Shown here piece after piece: positions 27,411 through 40,329 of a DNA stretch of 64,000 nt (within the stretch, counting starts at the first letter, position 1; each line of letters begins with the position of its first letter). The DNA is taken from the NCBI RefSeq assembly GCF_021028975.2, contig NC_059427.1, positions 80,042,001 through 80,106,000 of the forward strand, written 5' to 3'. The notes under the pieces were generated by a model, which worked only from the letters and a program-made list of their open reading frames with translations, had not been told where the DNA came from and ran no database searches. The DNA comes from Sphaerodactylus townsendi. Taxonomy: Eukaryota. The translations under genes were made by a program, and so were the position numbers.

Positions 27411-30106
27411 GCCAGAAATATGTTGGGGAATTAGGGGTGGGACAGAGAAAATGAGGTGGGGGCGGGGGAGACTGTCTGTGATTCTAAGGGGCCATTCTGG
27501 GTGGGGAGAGATTTGTACTCATTCCCCCTTCCTGTGACAGACTCCCACTTTGCTTCTGGCATTGTTCCTTCAGGTCTACAGACTCATAGGAGCACAATTG
27601 CAAGGGTCACAGAAAACTGCCGTGAGATGGTAAAGGTAGAGAAGTTGCCTTCCTCTAGTATGAATCCTGTTCCTGCTTAGGATCCAATCCAAAGTTTACC
27701 CGTGATGGGGGGTTTGCAAATATAAAATGCATGCAGCACAACCAACAGAGGTCAAAAACGTCCATGTTGCTGCCTGCAGTACGAAAGCTATATAACAGTA
27801 TGAAGGGAAAAATATAAAAGCCATTTCTTTAAGGAGTAGTGATGCCAACCTTACTATAGAATGTAACAGAATAATGGACTGCAGATTGGCCTTGGGTATT
27901 GGGGACATGCAGTGGTGTCAGCTTAACGAGAACCAGGGAGGGTACAGTTAATAAGGTCAACATTTTCACAAGCTCGTTGTGCCATTTGCTTTTTAGTTGA
28001 TTTCCTACCTTGCTTTGTTTTGCTTCTACCTGCCTTGTAAGGCCTGACCATTCCTTAAGAATACTTCTCAGTTCCAGCTCCCTCCCTGCCCGCAATGGGC
28101 AGTAACAGAGGAGCAAAGAGTCTTTCACTTTGAAGATTTATTTCACACCTCTGAAGTGTCTATTCCTCGGCTTTCATCTTTCCCTGTAGCACCATCTTGA
28201 ACACACCAGATTTGGGCCTGATCAGATAACCAGCTCGCGTAGCTTAATGTGTCTACTTTAAGAGTCCAGTGAAAGCACCAAATACTGCAGCACTGAAAAA
28301 ACAATCGGTTCCTCAATGGCAGACCATTGTGAGCTGTCTGGTTTTCTTTCAATCGACAACTGCTCTGAAGTAAACCTTCACCATTTTAGATTTTCTGTTA
28401 TTTCCTCCTGCATATTCATAGCAGTGGGCACTACCCAAATCATGGCTGCCATTGTCGTTTTTAGGAGACATCTGCAGGATTGACTTTAATTTCTTTCCAA
28501 TTAAAATTAGAACACATCCCAATTGAAGGCTGTTCTTAAGCTACAGCAAATATGTCAACAAGCGTCTCCTTCATACCTGATTGATTCTTCCCAGTATTTT
28601 GATAGAAAATGTCATCATTCTTATTTAAAAGCCCCAGTCGCAGACTTTGGAAACTGGCACCAATATTCTTGTGCTTTGCTGATTTTTTTTTTTTTGCATA
28701 TCAACATATAGTAACAGCATCCACCTACAGCTTTCAGCCCAAACAATGAGCTATGACAGAGCCAAACAGTACCAAGACCTTCCCTGGTTTCGAATCACAG
28801 AACACTTCATTAACCAAACATGGTCTCCTGTTCTGTTGAAGGCTAAGTCAGATTCAAATCAAATTCACAGTATTAGTAGCCAGCATGGAACAAAATTAGC
28901 TGAGATGATTTGATAAGCAGTATCATGTATTATTATCTAGTGCTGAACTGCATCACCCCAGACTGTAGATGTTTTAATACTTCCCTTTTAAAAACACTTG
29001 CACACACAACTCAACCCTAGCCCTTTCCTTGACAGAGTTTTGTAGGTGCTAAAAAGTAATAAATCATTACATAGAACATAAAATGAATAGTCCAGCAATA
29101 AGTATAACAACATTGTACTGATTGTCTGTTTCACCTCTGATCCCACCTATCAAAGGGTGTATAAATTATTTACCCTGAGACATAAGCATCTGAGCTATCC
29201 CACAGTGCAACTGAACAAACTCCCAGAGCAAGAGACATTTGTGCACTTCACAAAGCACGCTTAGCTTGATTACCAAGTTGCATATTTAGTGACCTGGTAT
29301 GGGGAACAGGAACCCATTTCAATTATTATTTTTTAAAACATTTCTACCCCACCTTTCCTCATGGTTCAAAGTGGTATGAGGCAACACAGACTAGCAGTTA
29401 TGGCAAGAAAACAAATTTTAAAGGGGAAACCAGGAACTGACAGAGCAGTGAATTCAGTGCGTCATTTGAAGATGACATGAAAGGGTTACAACAAAGACTA
29501 GAAGAGGTCCCCCCCCCCCCCCGAAATCAATTCATTTCATTCTGGCAACAGCCTTAAAGTATGGAAGATGCAAATAATGATACTGTGTAAAGGGATTTTA
29601 GTAGGTTTCATGGGACTGTTTAAACCAAGAAACTTTAGCTCTGTAGTAGAGTTAATGTTTTTTGCAGAAAGCTATTTGTTATGCCTCAATATCAAAGTGC
29701 AGAGTGCCAGGTCTGTAACTTAGAAAAGTGTTTCCCTGTACATGAGACAAAGTGCCACATTTTTATATCTACATCCGCAATACTGGTGCTTCCATAGTAT
29801 ATAACCCATAGAAGACTATACCCAGTTTACTGAATAGGAATACACTCTGCATCGTTTGTAGCTCATTAAAAACAACCAGAAGTGCATGCTTCAGTAATGT
29901 TTGTGTATGCATCAAAAAGACAAGAAAAATATTACAGAAGGGAACTGTTCTTATGTCAAAACACAGAATTCTGGTTGAACTGTTCCATAGGGCCAGCAGG
30001 GGAGTAATTTCCATTTCCATAGATGTTTTTGAACGAAGCAACAAGATGGACAAGGCAAATCAGCTACTTCTTTCCCACGAATTGATCATTTCCCCTCTGC
30101 CTAGGG

Positions 30107-30483
30107 CAGTGCCAGATTTACTTATGGGCTTGGCAGGCTGAAGCCTAGGGCCTCAAAATCTAGGGGGTCACGGCCAAAGCATATAATATTTTTAACAAAT
30201 CACTGTTTATTCCACAAAATGTTTACAAAGTTTGGCTATGGCAAAAGTTTTTCATAGTGTTAATTTATGCATTTTTTTCAATTACTATGGTATTTAACAA
30301 TAACATGTCTTTTAGAGGAGGAATTATGAATTGTGGGATTTTAAACACCCTTCATCATCCTCGGCTTTACTCAACTTTGTTTAAAACACTCCTCCATCTT
30401 CCTCTAGTTGTGAGAGTGGGGGGTTGGGAGGGGCCTCATAAGTGGAATAGCCTAGGGCCTCTCTTCATCTAAATCCGGCATTC
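30107..30483. mobile_element. hAT-like MITE
   Basis: Ends CAGTGCCAGATTTA / TAAATCCGGCATT with repeated subterminal agcctagggcctc motifs. No clean TSD. Confidence 0.55.
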
Positions 30484-31774
30484 ACCAAGTCATAACTGAG
30501 GGGCAACTGATGCCCACAAGCATAGCTACGATGTCCACATGCATTCCACAATCATGCAAAACTGTGACATGGTGAATTGGGCCCATGCTGTTGTGGATGC
30601 CAGTGATGGAAGGCGGGGCTTAAACATTCAGATCTTTGAAGCTTCAATTCACAGACTCAATACTATTAGTGTACAAATCCTATTTTCAATAATGAGCACC
30701 GGACCAACCATCAATTGCACCCATAATGTTGACTCAGGTTGGAAATAAAGCAGTGAGTGGGGGGAGGGGGACATTTTTAGATGCCAATATTTTCAGTCAA
30801 TCTAGAATTGTGTGACTATAGGAGACATGCACTTTAGGAGGTATTTCCTCAACTGAAAGACCTTCCAAAAATGTACTCAAACCTAAGTAAGATATCGTAT
30901 TTGTGTAAACGATGCTGCCTATCGTTTCCAGTGAAGGACTGCCCTTCCTTTTCTATGTGAAATTTGTATGTATGTGTCTCATTGGTATGGCCTTAACGCT
31001 CCATTAAGGATGTGTTTGCTACATCGGACCCAGAGTGCAAAGCAACTGCTTCCTTAAGAGTAAACATTTTTACATCATGATAAACCTGTAACTTATATGA
31101 AGTACAGCTTGCATGAACACACACAGAAAAAAAAGAAACAATCAGATGTCAATGGCAGATTATTTTTTTGGCTTGTAAAAATAAATTTTAAGAGAAATAA
31201 ATCTATTTCAGCAGTTTGAAGATGGAATGTAAATTTCTGTTGTGTATATAAAAAGTATATTTATTCAACCATACATTCATGCCAATTCCAATTAAAACAA
31301 AAATAAACATTTTCTGACATTTTGTGTCTTTTAGCTTATTTTTTGTGGTAACTGTCTTATACCCAAAGCAACAACAGTGATGCTACAAAGTTCATGGTTT
31401 GCAGGAGATGCCTGCTTGAGCAACCAAACACAATAATCAGGGCATTATTTCCAGAGTGTGTACAGATCAGACTTGTGGCATTTACTCAAAGGTGGTGGCC
31501 CTTTGGGAGCACATGCTTTTAAATATGTCAGCCCAGAAACAATTCCAGGCACATGTAGAAGAAATTATACTCTGCTACCTTGCCAAAACTCAAAACCACA
31601 ATACTATGTAAGTTTTAAAGTTCTCCCAAACTCTTCATCATAGTGGATATTTAAAAGGCAAAGGAGAAAAATGTTGATACCTCAGGCGACTGGGAGGCCA
31701 TCACGCTGTGTACCATATGGAACAGTTATGACACCACCACTTATACTGTCCCTGGGAGCAACAATTGAGAGAAC

Positions 31775-31955
31775 ATTTAATTTACTTACTTCATTTACAG
31801 CTCATCTTTCTCCAACCGGACTCAAAGCAGCTTGTATCATCCCTCCCTACTCTATTTTATCCTACTATGCCTGCGAGGAAGGCTAGGTAGAGTGGGGATT
31901 CAAACTTGAATCTTGCCCAGATCTTGCTCTGACACTCTAACCACTATACCACACT
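31775..31955 (-). mobile_element. Degenerate tRNA-derived SINE (related to 49771-50064)
   Basis: Minus-strand head agtgtggtatagtggttagagtgtcaga (A box) and gtttgaatccc (B box), followed by an L2-like tail. Confidence 0.6.
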
Positions 31956-34599
31956 TCTTCTTCAGCCAGAGGAGAATAAAAAGGAAATTATGATCACCTA
32001 TTTTCATTCAGCAGAAAGTAGCACAGGATTAAAGACAAGTTTTCCTAGAACCAGCTTGCTGATTTGACCTGGTACAGATGGAGGCTTTTGATTTGGGACT
32101 CCCATGGCTGCACTTCGGTTAAGGCCCTGCATAGGACATGCTATGTCATTGTGCTTCTCAAGCAGAAGCAGGCTTTATATTGCATTTCTCAAACAGCAGA
32201 AGGCCCTTATTGCAAGGTTGGCCTCATAAGTTCCTTGAACTCAACCACACAATCAGGCCCAGAGCAGCCACAACCACAGGAAGGTACTCTTGGCTTCACA
32301 GCTTTCTCATTTGTCCTTTTTCAGTGAGGACCAATATGCTGCTTGAGATTTTCTTCATGCACCAACAAGGGATAGCAACTTTAATTTGGAAAAACAAAAG
32401 CCTAGTTCTCAGGAACAAACAGTTGCCTCATGAGCCTGAACTGGCATACAAAGAGTGTAGGACTAATTACTTTTGATAAAAAATACTTCAGACTACCGAT
32501 GTGGGGCACTGAATACTTACTAAATACCCTGCTTAACAAGGCTTCTAATAGTTTATTTATCAAGAGTATGCTGTTCATCCATGGTTGGTTATAAACATTC
32601 AGAACTATTCCTTGTCCTCAAAGTTGACCATATTCTGCTAGGAATGTGATTGTTTCTCCATATCAAATTCATGTGCCATGTTTGAAAGTTCATTATCAGA
32701 AGATTCCAGAACAAGTTTTAACACTTTCTATTACTCTTCCAGTATTTACAGTAAGCAGTAAGCTACAAAAGGTTTGAGCAGGAAGTGATTAACTGCGACA
32801 GCTATCTAAATAGTTCTCACCTCTTCTAAGTCCCACTGAAGTGGGAATCTTGGCAGCAGAAAAGTCTGGGAATCCTGAAGTGTAGCCAAATAATCTCCAC
32901 AAGAGCCTCGACCAAATGTGTGAGTGACAGGCTGGGAGTGGGTAGAGTTTTAGGAGCCAGAGCTTCTGAAAGGATTAGAAAGGGGTTTAACTCTTAGTTC
33001 CAGACAGAACAGATTTTGCCTGGTGGCTGTGAAGGCACTGTAGTATTGGCTAGAACAGAGTACTGGGGAATAAATGACCATACTCTAGCCAGGGAGGAAA
33101 ATTAACTTCTAGAGAGAGAATTCCTAGCCCAGGGTCTAAGAGCAGAGCTAGTTTGTCATCTAGACAAAGTGGGTAGAACTGAGGGAACCAACAGTGGGAA
33201 AGTTTGTGTCAGAGAGGAACCATTCTCTAGTGAGAAGGGAAATCTACACTGTATTTGGGGGGGGGGGATCCATTCCATCCCATCTCTAGTTCTTTAGAAG
33301 AATTTACTTCAAATGCTGTGAAGTGATCCAACAGTTTAGAAAGTTAGTAGGGAAATCAAGTTGGGAGAATACTCCTTTCCATATAGTTTATAGGCACCAG
33401 AGTTAACACATGAATCTCTCAGTGCTAACTTGAGTTAAATCTGGGAAACATCTTGAAAATTTATCATATTTTAAAGCACTAAGAACTGTGCCCAACTGAA
33501 ATCTTAATCATCTAAACGCTATCCGTGTTGAACTTTGAAGACAACTTTATACTTGTATATAAACTGCTTTCCTTACAACCAATATTCCTTCTTGTCCTAT
33601 TCCCTTGAATATTCCCTCCTATCCTCTTGAAATGTTTAATAAAAGTCTACTGTTTATTTTTTAAAAAAAGCTTCTTGCATAGTTATCTGAGGTAAAACAG
33701 AGAGAGTGTAAAGGGAAGGGGATGACATCAGCTCCTGAAGCTGGTTCAGTTAAACATTTATTTTAAAGAGGAATAGGGTGAGACAATAGAAGAAACCCCC
33801 CCGGGCCATATAAAAATATAGTAAAGCCAACCATCAATGAAGATGAGAAAAGAAGATCTTAGGAAAATCAGGGAACATTCTTTGCCTTTGGGTATAAGGG
33901 AGGTGGGTGTTTTAGCTGTGATCCCCAGCCTTCACAGGGTGTCGAAAGCATATTGATGACTTCCAGCTCCAAAGTTATGAATTATTATTTCTAAAGGCTT
34001 CACAGCGGGGTAGAATAACAAGGGGAATAAGAATGTGTTTGTGGAACCCCATAAGACAGCTCCTACACTGAAGACAGATTGTCTCCAATGGCAATCCTTT
34101 GATTCCTCTCCATCAAGAATGATTTAATCTAGTTCAAGGCATGTCACCTGATGCCTCCTTCTGTACCCAAACACCACGAACCCAATGGCATGATCTACTG
34201 CATCAAAGGCTACAGATATTTCCTGCAGGAGCAGCAAAGCATGGCCTTTGCTTACATTCAGATGGAATCAACTAAAGCCATCTTTGTTCCATAGCCCAAC
34301 CTGAAAAGGGTCTGAAGCAGATTAGTTAACGAAGAAGGCATGGAACTGGTCAGGTGTGGATCTCTCTATTAAAAAGGTGGATTAGAGACCAGGCAATAAC
34401 TGGCCACATTTGTCCGCTGATTTCATTAATATTTTTCTTCCATCTAAACCTCTTTCTTGGTTTTCATCAAACTTCCTGTTTCCTACTGGCTAGATAATAG
34501 TGAATTATGCAGCAAAGGACCATAAGACCCACAGAGGTGACTGATGGCATTGTCAATAATAGACAGTGAGGGTATCTGCATTGTAGTAGGCTGATCTTT

Positions 34600-35473
34600 T
34601 GATCCCTTTGATTGTTTACTGCCTAGAGTGGTGGGTGGTGTTCTGGGTGGTGTTCCCTAGCCCTTTGGCTTACTGCCTGGAGACATCCTTTGTCTGGGTG
34701 GTGTTCATTAGTCACTGTCTTGATTCTAGTGTTTTTCAGTACTGGTAGCCAAATTCTGTTCATTTTCATGGTTTCTTCCTTTCTGTTGAAATTGCCCACA
34801 TGCTTGTGGATTTCAATGGCTTCTCTGTATAGTCTGACATAGTGGTTGTCAGAGTGGTCCAGAATTTCTGTGTTTTCAAATATTCTGTGCCCAGCTTGGT
34901 TTAGCACGTGTTCTGCTATTGCTGATTTTTCTGGCTGAAATAGTCTGCAGTGCCTTTCATGTTCTTTGATTCATGTCTGGGCGCTTTGTTTCATGGTCCC
35001 TATGTAGACTTGTCAACAGCTGCACAGTACGCAGTAGACTCCTGAAGAAGTTAGAGGATCCCTCTTATCCTTTGCTGAACATAGCATTTGTTGAATTTTC
35101 TTAGTGGGTCTGTAGACTGTTTGGAGGTTATGTTTTTTCATCAGTTTCCCCTATACAATCAGTGATTCCCTTGATAAATGATAAGAACACTTTCCCTCTG
35201 GGTGGCTGTTTATCTTCTTTCATGTGGTTTGTTCTTGGTCTTGCAGCTCTTCTGATGTCTGTAGTGGCGAAACAATTAGCCTGTAGAGCCCAGTTTAGGT
35301 GATTCAGTTCGTCTTGAAGGAGATGGGGTTCACAGATTCTTTTTGCACAATCTACCAAAGTTTTTATTGTGCTCCTTTTCTGTCCTGGGTGATGATTGGA
35401 GTTTTTATGTAGGTATCTATCAGTGTGTGTAGGTTTTCTGTAGACTGTGTGGCCTAATTGTTGGTTCAGTTTG
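34600..35473 (-). mobile_element. Penelope-like retroelement, 5'-truncated and frameshifted (RT thumb plus GIY-YIG endonuclease)
   Basis: VYRKPTHTDRYLHKNSNHHPGQKRSTIKTLVD (RT C-terminus); GVY.V.CSC.QVYIG at about 35000-35045; SAIAEH...ENTEILDHSDNHYVRLYREAIEIHKH..NFNRKE (GIY-YIG C-terminus). Confidence 0.92.
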
Positions 35474-35507
35474 GGCCACATAGTATACAGAAAACCTACA
35501 CAGTATA

Positions 35508-35606
35508 CCGAAAATGTCAGGAGAAGATGCTACTAGAACATGGCCATACAGCCCAGAAACCTCACAACAGCCCAATGATTCTGGCCATGAAAGCCTTCGA
35601 CAATAC
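35508..35606 (+). mobile_element. Inverted Penelope terminal (pLTR) segment
   Basis: cgaaaatgtcaggagaagatgctactagaacatggccatacagcccag...ctggccatgaaagccttcgacaatac matches, from memory, the squamate Penelope terminus. It lies opposite in orientation to the ORF. Confidence 0.7.
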
Positions 35607-37254
35607 TCTCTGTTCTTTCTTCGTTAGCCACTTTGGCCCAACACAGCACTAACAGTCTTGATAAATTCATTCTATTCAATATTGATAAGTCTCATAAATG
35701 TAATGGTGGATGCTGTTCTTCTGTCTACAGCTTGGATGACTATTAATGGACGGCTATTAACGGCTGTGTCCCATGGCCTGAATCCTGCCATAAATTTCTT
35801 CTGACAGGCAGGAGCCATTTTTTTCTGTCCACCCAAAGATATTACCTTCTGCTGTTCTTGAGAGCTCCCAAACCCCAGGAGCAGTGTTTTAGAGGGTATT
35901 TGGGATTGCAAAAGGAGGGGAAGGCAAGAATGTAATTCTGCTGACAGAAGTGTCTTGTTAGTGAATAGTTACTACAGGATCCAGACCATGGCCTAAATTC
36001 TTTGCCATCTTTGCCCTTTTTTTGCCAGCCTTTCCATACTTTCTCTGTGGTATCACAAGATAAAGTAGCCTAATTTCTTCGGCTGAATCCTTTCACACCT
36101 TTCCTGGATCCTGTATTGCTATTTTTAAACTTCCCCAAATGAAAGTTATTTTTACTCTAAGAAACCATTGGTAGTTATTTCAAAAGGCTTATTTGTTCAT
36201 TCACATCCTCCTCAAAGTTGAAACAGCAGAACCTGAAGGTAACTATAGATAGAACTTGTACAGATATTTTTGGGTAGGCTCTGAATGCCAAGAAGATACT
36301 CTTATCACCTAGATAGGGAGACATTAAGAACTGAAATCTGGGCAGATCGAGATAAAGTAGGAATGGAGGCAAAATTAGCAACCCATGTAACATATTCACA
36401 ATACAGTAGGAATAGACAACACATATAGATAAAGATAATGAGCGATGATAGAAGTTTGTCACCTGGGCAAAATGAAGCTTTGAGGCCATCTTCTGGATAA
36501 TTGAGGACATCAATTTGCCCTGTCACATGAAATCCATGATCTCTAAATCAAGGATAAAATATGAATTAGGATCCCATAAAGCAGGAGATTAAGATTCCTG
36601 CAAAGTAGCAGCAAAATGGATCAAACCTGAGGAAATAAAATACCAGTTTTCATTTAAGATATATAACCAAGAGTTTGTAAATTCAAGTTAGCACGTAAAG
36701 CTGGAGATGGCCATGCACCTAGCCTCCGGATAGTCTCAAATGTAATACCAGCTCTACCTGGCCATGTTGCAGCAATTAAGGCACCATACACTACATATAG
36801 GGTTAAGGGAATTCCAGTCAGAATCTATATTTGGATGTGCAGCTATTGTGTTTGGAGCAGAGATGTAAGAAATGGAAGTCTCCATGATGGAAAGCTTCTT
36901 GGCTGCAGTATCTTGTGACTTAAAATCTTTTTTCCTCAGAATATCAACATTTGTATAATTGCAGGAGTCACCAAACTGCCAGCTTGCCACTAATGAAAAA
37001 AGCTTTCCTAATAAATGTACAAGAGAGAAGAGTTGAGAATTGAGTGAGGATAGAAGCACACTTCAGATACTTGAACAAGATAAACAAGTTTTAGATTAAT
37101 ACAACTCTTAAAGCCTCCTGGCTGAGATCAAACTCAGAAGTTCAACAAGCCAATGTGTTTCCATTTACAAACCAGGGGCCAGCCATTTTTGCTGATTCCT
37201 CCACCCCAAACATGCACTGCAGTCCTCTGCCTCCAGATCTATAGGGTATTAGTT

Positions 37255-37363
37255 AGAGGTTTTTCATGCCTCCTACTACCTCTTCCTTTCAACTGAAGAT
37301 GCCATAAATCAAACCCGGGCCTTCTACATGCCAAGCAGATGTTCTACTACTAAACCACAGCCT
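37255..37363 (-). mobile_element. tRNA-derived SINE head
   Basis: Minus strand ggctgtggtttagtagtagaacatctgcttggcatgtagaaggcccgggtttgat carries A/B-box-like motifs. Confidence 0.6.
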
Positions 37364-37599
37364 TTCCTCAAAGAACAGAAATTTCAGGGGGCTAAGTGGG
37401 CTGCAGCAGAAAGATAAAGCTGCAAAGTCCCACTCTGTTAAGTCCATGGAAGACTGAGTAACACCATAATTTCAGCCCCAACGCATAGTTGCTATTCTGC
37501 CAATAGGGACCGAAACTCAAATCATTATATTGTGCCAATTCCACAGCACCTATTGCCTGTTTACTGTGTTTTTCATTTGTCAATGAGAAGAGCAGACAG

Positions 37600-38455
37600 T
37601 GGCCGATTTTTCAGCCAAAATGCCCCGTGGTAGATTTGGGAGTGCGCCTGCCGCAGCGGATTTTGCCCTGCTGTTAACTCTGCGCTGCTCCCTGGTTCTT
37701 CGTGGGATTTGTGGCAGGGCTGGTGTGTTATGCCTCAAATGTTTCCTGCACACACCACTTTTCTATCCAAGGTTTCTCCTTTATATAAACCAAGGTTTCT
37801 TCATTTTTTTCCCCACTACCTGGGGAGAGGGGCGCCAATTCTAAGCACCTGTCCATTGGTGGGGCAGGCCAGAGCGGCGAGGCGGGAAAAACCATTGGAG
37901 AGATGTTCTGCCAGGATGCGATATTACTCTCGAGTAGGGGGGTTGCACTTTGTCCACATCCCCCCCACTCACCCGTTATGACCCGATCTTGCCTGCAAGA
38001 GGTGGAAGGCTCTGGGACCTCCATGTCTGTAGCTTCCATGGGGGGTAAGATAGCAAGATCCGCAGGCCTGCTGTGATCGTTGGTGCGCTCAGTTAGACGT
38101 TGGGTGCTGAAGATCAGGTATGCACCATTTTTTCCTTCAACAAAGGTGAGCACCTAGCCCTAGGGTTGACCTGACGGCTTCCCGGGCGGGTCAGGTTTCC
38201 CTGCTGTGGGTCAGCCTACCGGCTTCCCGAGTGAGTTCAGTTGCCCTGCTGTGGGACAGCCTACCAGCTTCCCAAGTGGGATCGATCCTCCTTGCAGGTG
38301 GCTGCTCTCGCTCCCTAAGCAGAAGTCTTGGCAAACCTCTCTTGTGAGGGGAAAAGGATCCAGATGCCATTTGGGTTCCAAGGAACAAAGACGGGAGTCC
38401 CTTGAGTCAGGGATCCTAGCCAAGGACTCTTCTCCTCCCTGCTACGGCACAAAGG
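37600..38455 (-). mobile_element. CpG-rich retroelement internal fragment (probably DIRS-like) with a 45-bp tandem repeat
   Basis: 45-bp period at 38199/38244. Its core tgggtcagcctaccggcttccc matches tgggtcggcctgccagcttccc in the 58.9-kb element. Confidence 0.45.
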
Positions 38456-38461
38456 GTGGGG

Positions 38462-39370
38462 TGGATTGAGGGAAGCAAAGTACAGACATTTCAGGAACTG
38501 ACACAACTCATAAGTTTAGGGCAGTTTTACAAACATGTTCCCTCACAATTCTGCTGGTTCCTCAGGGACAAAAAGTTTAAAATGGTCAAGGATAGTGACC
38601 AGCTTGTTTGATGAAATATAGGGAGACTTGGGTTCACATTTCCACCCCTTTTCAAGAAAAGCAAAGTTTGGCATCCCTCAGAGAAGTTCGAGCCACCTAA
38701 CAATAATTCTGCAAGGCAGTATGCTCCCATACAACACAAGGTGGTAGGGATAATCTGCTTCCATTGTTAGGGAGAAGGACACTTCAAATATCAGTGACCC
38801 AAATTACAGAAACTTCACGCACAGTCCCCTGCCAAAAAATAAAAATTCAAACTGTCAAAGCAGGCAGATTCTGACCCAGAGTCAGTTGCGGAAACTCAGG
38901 TTGCCCAGCCTGTCAGTGCCGCTAAAGCGTTACAGGTCTGGAGGATTCAGGAAGAGATCAGTAAAGATTTTATGGAGCATGTCACAGTGAATAAAGTGAA
39001 CTCAAAGGTCTCAGAGATACAGCGACTGAAGTGACTCTGATAAACCCAACATTTGTAGGCCAAACAATTAAGATCCAATGGATCAGTGGCCCAGCTTTTG
39101 AGAAAAAATTGGTTGAAGTCCCAATAACATACAAGGACTTCTCTGGGAAGTGGACTGTAGAAGTCTATGGAGGTATTGAGGTCCCAACTCTGTTGGGTAA
39201 TGATTTGGCCTCCCAAATTAAAACTGTAAGAGTTATTACACGATCTACACAACAGGCTTCAACGAGCGCTAGGCAGAACTCTCCAGTAATTGATGTGGGG
39301 ACTGAACAGGGACACCTAGGGGAAAATGCAGAAAGTAAACTCAGTATTATTCTGCCAGACCAGGGGTAGG
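38462..39370 (+). mobile_element. Gypsy (Gmr1-like) LTR-retrotransposon gag-protease relic
   Basis: WIEGSKVQTFQELTQLISLGQFYKHVPSQFCWFLRDKKFKMVKDSDQL (SCAN/capsid CTD-like, from 38462); ICFHC*GEGHFKYQ*P (decayed CCHC knuckle, about 38753-38800); GLRDTATEVTLINP and PTLLGNDLA (aspartic protease motifs, about 39007-39210). Contains stops and frameshifts. Confidence 0.85.
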
Positions 39371-39499
39371 GAACCTTTAACACTCAAAGAGCCATTTGGA
39401 CCTGTTTTCCATGAGAAAAGAAAACACTTGGAGCCACAAATAATTTTTGACATTTAAAATAAAGATAACACTGTATATATTGGGGGTTTTTTACCCTTT

Positions 39500-40123
39500 A
39501 CTCCGCTCATTATGAGAAGCGCATGGATGCGTCCGCCCTGCTGCTTGCAAAGCGGACAAGGATGGGGCCAGCGGCTCGGCCTCGCCGGCCGCCGGGAAAA
39601 CACCCGCCCCGTTCAACAGAAGGCGATGCGAGAGGGGAAGTCCACTGACACGGCCTCAGCCCGACCCGCGAGGTAGTGAAGATGCGCCATACCTGCTGCC
39701 TGCAGTAGGCGTATGGCGATAATGACAGCGGCTCTTCAGTCGAGTCGCAGTGAAAGCGTTTAGCAGAAGAGCCGCATGCGGCTCTCGAGCCGCAGGTTCC
39801 CTACCCCTGTGCCAGACGCTAATGCTGATGAGGTATTGAGAGAACGAAAGCAAGATGATGGCCTTAAAGAGATAGGCCGAGAGGTAGGGACAAAACAACA
39901 CACTCAGCATGCTACAGCATAAGAGAACAGACATAAACAAACAAACAAACACTTATACTAAGGAGCTTTTCAAGGTCCGTGCTCTCCTGTAGAGGCAAGA
40001 ACAATACTGAGGGAAGATGGCTGCCGAGCCTCAGGACAGGAAGTGACAGAAAACTATTTCCTGCCTCCCTGACAAGGGGGTGAGGAATAACCCAAGCAAG
40101 AAGGGTTGGCAACCAAAGGAGCC
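39500..40123 (-). mobile_element. DIRS-like element 5' region and terminal repeat (subfamily A)
   Basis: 39960-40080 aligns motif-by-motif with 59258-59373 (aaggagctt, aggtcc.tg.tctc, agaggca, actga, aagatgg, ggacaggaagtga, ctgcctccc, aaggg). CpG-rich. Confidence 0.6.
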
Positions 40124-40329
40124 TTAGAAGACTTACCGTCCAATCAGACAACTGGATCCAGCACCAAAGACCTCTCATAAAGGAGCACCTTTAATCTTGA
40201 TGCGTGAACCTGATGTGCCTTCGCTATTTTCACTCCATATTTGGAGCATTTCTTAAAAACAGTGAAATTCTTCTGTTCCATGACTTGAAGGCAAAAAATT
40301 CCCTCCGGTGAACATCACAGTAACGCAAA

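Noticed and set aside
36130-37090. Possible endogenous viral or coding relic (ORFs of 112 and 101 aa)
   Set aside because: No motif I can recognise. A tBLASTx search would be needed; most likely an old LINE fragment.
37829-37840. TGGCGCCC primer-binding-site-like motif on the minus strand
   Set aside because: The match to the tRNA-Lys 3' end stops after 8 nt, and there is no adjacent LTR.
39500-39900. CpG-rich patch as a promoter or CpG island of a hidden gene
   Set aside because: It is contiguous with a terminal that recurs at 59.3 kb, so it is better explained as a young retroelement leader. No associated exons were found.
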